Shown: one piece after another, positions 59,680 to 64,000 of the stretch
Layout: each line of letters opens with the position of its first letter
Position numbering within the stretch: the first letter of the stretch is position 1
Assembly: GCA_963664815.2 (NCBI GenBank)
Contig: CAXXHB010000002.1
Coordinates: 778,421 to 842,420 of the forward strand
DNA: 64,000 bases
Source of the DNA: Spirochaetota bacterium
Lineage (GTDB): Bacteria; Spirochaetota; UBA4802; UBA5550
Direction: 5' to 3'
Program-made: the position numbers and the translations under genes
The notes under the pieces: generated by a model
The model's database searches: none
The model's input: only the letters and a program-made list of their open reading frames with translations
Told to the model about the DNA's origin: nothing

Positions 59680-60897
59680 ATGATTAATGCAGCTGATACA
59701 GTATGGATGCTTATTGCAACAGCTTTGGTGATGATTATGACTCCGACTCTCGGGTTCTTTTACGGGGGTCTTGTCAGAAAGAAAAATATTCTTTCGATAC
59801 TTATGCAATGTATGGTAATTCTTGCGGTAATATCTATTCAGTGGGTATTGTTCGGTTATACACTTGCTTTTGGTCCGGATAAAGGTGGTTTAATCGGAGG
59901 TCTGGATTGGCTGTTCTTAAATGGTGTAGGACTTACACCACTCGAAGGTCAGACCATACCTCACCAGCTTTTTGTCTGCTTTCAGATGATGTTTGCAGTT
60001 ATAACTCCGGCGCTGATAGTTGGAGCTTTTGCTGAAAGAATAAAATTTTCAGGATTTCTTTTATTCACAATCTTATGGTCTACACTGGTTTACGATCCAA
60101 TGGCTCACTGGGTATGGGCTTCGGGGGGATGGTTGTGTAAAATGGGCGCTCTCGATTTTGCAGGAGGCACAGTAATTCATATAACAGCCGGTATTTCAGC
60201 GCTGGTGTTTTCAATTCTTCTGGGTAAAAGAAACGGTAACGGACAATCCCGGTCACCTCATAATCTTCCTTTTGCTGTATTAGGAGCTGCTTTTCTGTGG
60301 TTTGGATGGTTTGGTTTTAACGCCGGGAGTGCTCTTGGTGTTAAGGGGCAGACTGTATCTGCTTTTTTAAATACTAATACTGCTGCTGCGGCTGCAGCTG
60401 TAACATGGATGATGATAGATTGGTTTACACATAAAACTCCTACAGCTCTCGGAGTTATCACAGGGCTTGTAGCTGGTCTGGTTGCAATAACTCCTGCTGC
60501 CGGATATGTAACACCTATGGCTTCTATAGCAATTGGTGCGGGCGGAAGTATATTGGGTTTTATTTTTGTAAGCTATGTGAAGAAAAAATTCGGTTATGAT
60601 GATTCTCTGGATGTATTTGGTGTTCATGGAATAGCTGGAATATGGGGAGCTCTGGCAACAGGTTTATTTGCAAGTAAGGAGATTGGAGGAACAGATGGAT
60701 TGTTTTACGGAAATCCTCATCAGTTATTGGTACAGCTTATAACAGTTATCGTAGCTATTGTGACATCGGCAGCAGGAACCTTTATATTATATAAGATATG
60801 CGATCTGTTAATAGGAATGAGGGTAGAAGCACGTGATGAAAATATTGGTCTTGATCTTACTCAGCATCATGAGACAGCTTATACTCTGGTGGATTAA
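59680..60897 (+). CDS. amtB: Ammonium transporter
   Basis: FYGGLVR, FQMMFA, AER, DFAGG.VIH, WFGWFGFNAGS, DD.LDVFGVHG; RBS GGAGG. Confidence 0.96.
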   Translation: MINAADTVWMLIATALVMIMTPTLGFFYGGLVRKKNILSILMQCMVILAVISIQWVLFGYTLAFGPDKGGLIGGLDWLFLNGVGLTPLEGQTIPHQLFVCFQMMFAVITPALIVGAFAERIKFSGFLLFTILWSTLVYDPMAHWVWASGGWLCKMGALDFAGGTVIHITAGISALVFSILLGKRNGNGQSRSPHNLPFAVLGAAFLWFGWFGFNAGSALGVKGQTVSAFLNTNTAAAAAAVTWMMIDWFTHKTPTALGVITGLVAGLVAITPAAGYVTPMASIAIGAGGSILGFIFVSYVKKKFGYDDSLDVFGVHGIAGIWGALATGLFASKEIGGTDGLFYGNPHQLLVQLITVIVAIVTSAAGTFILYKICDLLIGMRVEARDENIGLDLTQHHETAYTLVD

Positions 60898-60923
60898 TTA
60901 AATGTAAATAATGGAGGTATATA

Positions 60924-61265
60924 ATGAAATATATTATTGCAGTAATACGTCCTCATAAACTCGAGGAAGTGAAAAGAGAACTGGAAAAAAATGAAATTAA
61001 TCTTATGACAGTCGGAGATGTTCTCGGGTGCGGAAGGCAGAAGGGAATTACTGAGGTATATAGAGGAGTGACAGAAGTTGACAATCTTCTTCGTAAAATT
61101 AAACTTGAGATTGCGGTTAATGATGAATATCTTGAAAAAGCTGTCAGTGCTATTATGAAAGCAGCTCCTGAGGGAGATGTTGGAGACGGGAAAATATTTA
61201 TTTTTGATCTTGCTGAATGCATAAGAATAAGAACCGGAGAAAAGGGGAAACTGGCTATAGGGTAA
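60924..61265 (+). CDS. glnK: P-II family nitrogen regulator
   Basis: GCGRQKG..YRG, GDGKIF, IRIRTGE; adjacent to amtB. Confidence 0.9.
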   Translation: MKYIIAVIRPHKLEEVKRELEKNEINLMTVGDVLGCGRQKGITEVYRGVTEVDNLLRKIKLEIAVNDEYLEKAVSAIMKAAPEGDVGDGKIFIFDLAECIRIRTGEKGKLAIG

Positions 61266-61273
61266 TTACTTTA

Positions 61274-61314
61274 TTTATAAAATCCCCGTTAGTGTGGAAC
61301 GGGGATTTTATAAA
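61274..61314. terminator. Bidirectional intrinsic terminator
   Basis: TTTATAAAATCCCCGTT-N7-AACGGGGATTTTATAAA between convergent genes. Confidence 0.85.
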
Positions 61315-61361
61315 ATCATTTTAAAGCGGTTTGTCTGAATCTGGTTTTCCTCAGAGTTATA

Positions 61362-62093
61362 CTATGATTCAGAAATTGATTTCATCAGAAGCTTTACCTC
61401 GGAAACTTTAAGAATTCTGTGGTCTCCTTTATTCAATCTTCCAAGAGTGAGAGGGCCATAACCTGTTCTTTTAAGTTTAAGTACATTATACCCGAGATTT
61501 TTAAAGGAGTAACGTATCTGTCTTTTCTTACCTTCAATTATCAATACCTTAACAAAAAGGCGTGATTTTTCAGTGACAGTGATGGTAGCAGGTTTTGTTT
61601 TTGTTTTAATCTGGTGTACAAAAAAACCTTTTTCTATGATTATTCTGTCTGACTCCTCTAAAGGTTTATCGAGTTGAACAAGATACTCCTTCTTTACTTT
61701 AAAAGAGGGACCTGTAAGCTTGTGAGCGAGATCACCATCATTTGTGAAAAGCAGCAGACCCTCAGTATCCTTATCGAGTCTTCCAACAGGAACAACACCC
61801 GATCTTTTGTATTTTTCAGGGAGGAGAGTCATGACAGTAACCCGTCCCTTCTCATCATTAAGGGTTGTTATATATCCTTTAGGTTTATTAACCATCAGAT
61901 AGTATGATGTATTAATAGTATTAAGAATATTTCCCATGTATTTAAGGGAATCAGTTTCGCTATCAATTATTGTAGAGAGATCTTTAACTGTTTTCCCGTT
62001 TAATTTAATTTCACCGGCAAGAATCAGCTCCTCGACTTTACGTCGTGATCCAAGTCCGCAAAGAGAAAGATATTTATTTATTCTAACCTTCAT
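61362..62093 (-). CDS. RsuA/RluB-family rRNA pseudouridine synthase
   Basis: RINKYLS..G.GSRR, NKPKGY, GRLDKDTEGLLL.TNDG, EGKKRQIR. Confidence 0.92.
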   Translation of the reverse strand: MKVRINKYLSLCGLGSRRKVEELILAGEIKLNGKTVKDLSTIIDSETDSLKYMGNILNTINTSYYLMVNKPKGYITTLNDEKGRVTVMTLLPEKYKRSGVVPVGRLDKDTEGLLLFTNDGDLAHKLTGPSFKVKKEYLVQLDKPLEESDRIIIEKGFFVHQIKTKTKPATITVTEKSRLFVKVLIIEGKKRQIRYSFKNLGYNVLKLKRTGYGPLTLGRLNKGDHRILKVSEVKLLMKSISES

Positions 62094-62841
62094 TTTCCTT
62101 CTTTACATTATCAGCGCCTTCATCATTTTTCTGAAGGCTCTGTTCTTCAACTTCAGATTCAGGATTCGCATTTATTTTTTTAAACTTCATTTCATCTTTC
62201 TCATCCTCTTTTGAAAGGGTATACTCCTCTCCACGGCGGATATAATTCAGATCCTTCTCGAATGTTGTTCCATTTAAAAATATAATCTGATTCTTATTAA
62301 AATCAAAATTATAATCGCCTTCAATTTTTTTTGTGCTTCCTTTGATATAGGATTTATACTTGCCGTCTTTATAAATTTCAAGAACATGGCTTGTAAAGTC
62401 ATTAAACCTGTTGACACTCCACCATCTTCCATGAAGAGCTTCGCTTAACTCTTTTGTTTCCTTTTCCCAGAACTGGCTTAAATATGATTCAACATTATTC
62501 CTGTTAGAGTTGTTCAGAATATTTATATTTGAACCGAAAACCCATCCGGAGATTCCATTGTTAAACCTGATTTTATACCAGTAATCTGTTGTCCCGCCGA
62601 CAGGTTTTTTTTCACTCGATCTTTCAAGAAGTTCGCCGACTTCACCCTTTTTAAGCTGGGCAACCCTTGATGTGAAAATAAGCGGATCAACTCTGAGTGC
62701 AGTATTCGGAGTAATGATTACAGCGAGAGGACTTCCCTCTGTATTTTCAGGAATTACCGGTGTTTCCGGTTTTATCTTGTTACAACTGGTAATAATTACT
62801 ATTATTATACATGCTGCAGCTGATTTGTAATTAAGTCTCAT
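62083..62841 (-). CDS. SH3b-domain lipoprotein
   Basis: Lipobox ITSC; LRVDP...WYKIRFNNGISGWVFG. Confidence 0.8.
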   Translation of the reverse strand: MRLNYKSAAACIIIVIITSCNKIKPETPVIPENTEGSPLAVIITPNTALRVDPLIFTSRVAQLKKGEVGELLERSSEKKPVGGTTDYWYKIRFNNGISGWVFGSNINILNNSNRNNVESYLSQFWEKETKELSEALHGRWWSVNRFNDFTSHVLEIYKDGKYKSYIKGSTKKIEGDYNFDFNKNQIIFLNGTTFEKDLNYIRRGEEYTLSKEDEKDEMKFKKINANPESEVEEQSLQKNDEGADNVKKENEG

Positions 62842-63199
62842 ATTATGTCCTGATTGTATTAGTAATTATTGATTAATGCTGTACCCTGCTGTTGTCAATT
62901 AAAAATCCTGAATTATTCAGTTGTAATAGGGTGTTAAAAATATCTTGACTCTTTAAAGTTTTATATTTTCAATAAAACCTGAAAAATTACAACAGCCTGT
63001 ATTTTACAGGGAAAACTGTGAGTATTTGTGGATAGAATTATAAGGTTTTTTATATGAAATACGGCCGGTTATACAATTAAATAATTAAGAAACAGTGGAT
63101 TGGGATTATTAAGAATTAATATAAAACTTTTGTCATTTCATCAGTTTTATAAACGTTGATATTTAAATATAAAAAGACATTTATTAAAGGATCATTTTA

Positions 63200-63793
63200 A
63201 TGAAAGTAAGGCATCTGTTAGAAGATAAGATTTTTACTTTATCCAATTTTCTTACTCTTTCAAGAATTATGGTTGTCCCATTTGTGACATATTTTATGTA
63301 TCTGGAAAATCTTACAGGAAATTCCACATATCGATGGTATCAATTTATTTTTTTTATGATCATCGTGGTGTCGGATTTTTTTGATGGATTTCTTGCAAGG
63401 GCTTTTAATCAGGTTTCAAGACTGGGGCAGTTTCTTGATCCGATTGCCGATAAAGTGTGTCTTTTTTGCATTGGCAGCTCTCTTGTTTATTATAAGGGTT
63501 TTCCGTTATGGATGCTAGTGATCAGTATCTGCAGGGAATTGTTTATTGTTATCTCGGCAATTTTTCTTTTTTACAGGAAAGATGTTGAGGTTAAGCCGAA
63601 TCTTCCGGGTAAAATCAGTGTCGGCTGTATGGCATTATCAGCAATTATTTATCTTCTTTCAATTGATTATATTATTTATCCTCCTGCAGGCGTAAAGGAG
63701 TTATCGATTCTATTAATACTGGTATTCTATATCTACGGATCTATCCTTTATGTTAAAACATATTCGGTTTATTACAATAAAAAAGCTGTTTAA
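63200..63793 (+). CDS. CDP-alcohol phosphatidyltransferase family protein
   Basis: SNFLTLSRI, DFFDGFLAR...LGQFLDPIADK. Confidence 0.9.
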   Translation: MKVRHLLEDKIFTLSNFLTLSRIMVVPFVTYFMYLENLTGNSTYRWYQFIFFMIIVVSDFFDGFLARAFNQVSRLGQFLDPIADKVCLFCIGSSLVYYKGFPLWMLVISICRELFIVISAIFLFYRKDVEVKPNLPGKISVGCMALSAIIYLLSIDYIIYPPAGVKELSILLILVFYIYGSILYVKTYSVYYNKKAV

Positions 63794-64000
63794 TTTTTTA
63801 CTTCTTTTCAGTATCGCTTTCTTTTTTTCAAAGGGAGTGGCTTCAGAGAAAAGTATAGCAGTAATAAAAATAAACAGTAAAAATTATGTTTCTCTTGAGG
63901 AGATGATTAAAACATTTTCTATCGAACATAGTTTTGATCCTGTTTTTCAGAAGGGGAGACTTTATAGTAAGAGCCATTTTATGGTTTATAAAACCGGTTA
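63750..64000 (+). CDS. Exported protein, 3'-truncated at window edge
   Basis: Open frame from ATG 63750 to the end: MLKHIRFITIKKLFNFLLLFSIAFFFSKGVASEKSIAVIKINSKNYVSLEE...; has a signal peptide. Confidence 0.6.
   Translation, partial: MLKHIRFITIKKLFNFLLLFSIAFFFSKGVASEKSIAVIKINSKNYVSLEEMIKTFSIEHSFDPVFQKGRLYSKSHFMVYKTG

Noticed and set aside
63027-63035. DnaA-box-like TGTGGATAG
   Set aside because: Single imperfect box; no cluster or dnaA context
1-64000. Numerous 60-190 aa ORFs overlapping longer genes; also searched by eye for tRNA/rRNA, CRISPR arrays, transposases, integrases and defence genes
   Set aside because: The overlapping ORFs are antisense or alternate-frame shadows of well-supported genes; none of the other element types was seen

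Overview
This is an AT-rich, gene-dense core-chromosome segment of a spirochaete. A FlaB core flagellin, an FlcA-like collar protein and the lolA-rodZ-rimO-pgsA-pgpA cluster suggest a Leptospirae-related lineage (inference). It holds about 65 CDS covering envelope and lipid biogenesis, tRNA/rRNA modification (rluA-type, rluB-type, queF, selU), glycogen phosphorylase, a trpDCFBA operon lacking trpEG, glyA, pyrE, pyrK, amtB-PII, signalling proteins and several hypothetical proteins. I saw no tRNA, rRNA, CRISPR array, IS element or prophage. The best signals missing from the ORF track are: (1) a trp attenuator with a 22-aa WWW leader peptide that appears leaderless, with a perfect 34-bp palindrome over its promoter and two interlocking tandem terminators; (2) a sigma54-type monocistronic 66-aa gene with an upstream inverted repeat; (3) three apparent pseudo-enzymes (degenerate GGDEF, pseudo-histidine kinase, metal-site-dead metallophosphoesterase); (4) a classical-clade AAA ATPase downstream of queF/DUF2937; (5) small operons of unknown function. 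All family assignments come from motif recognition, not database searches.
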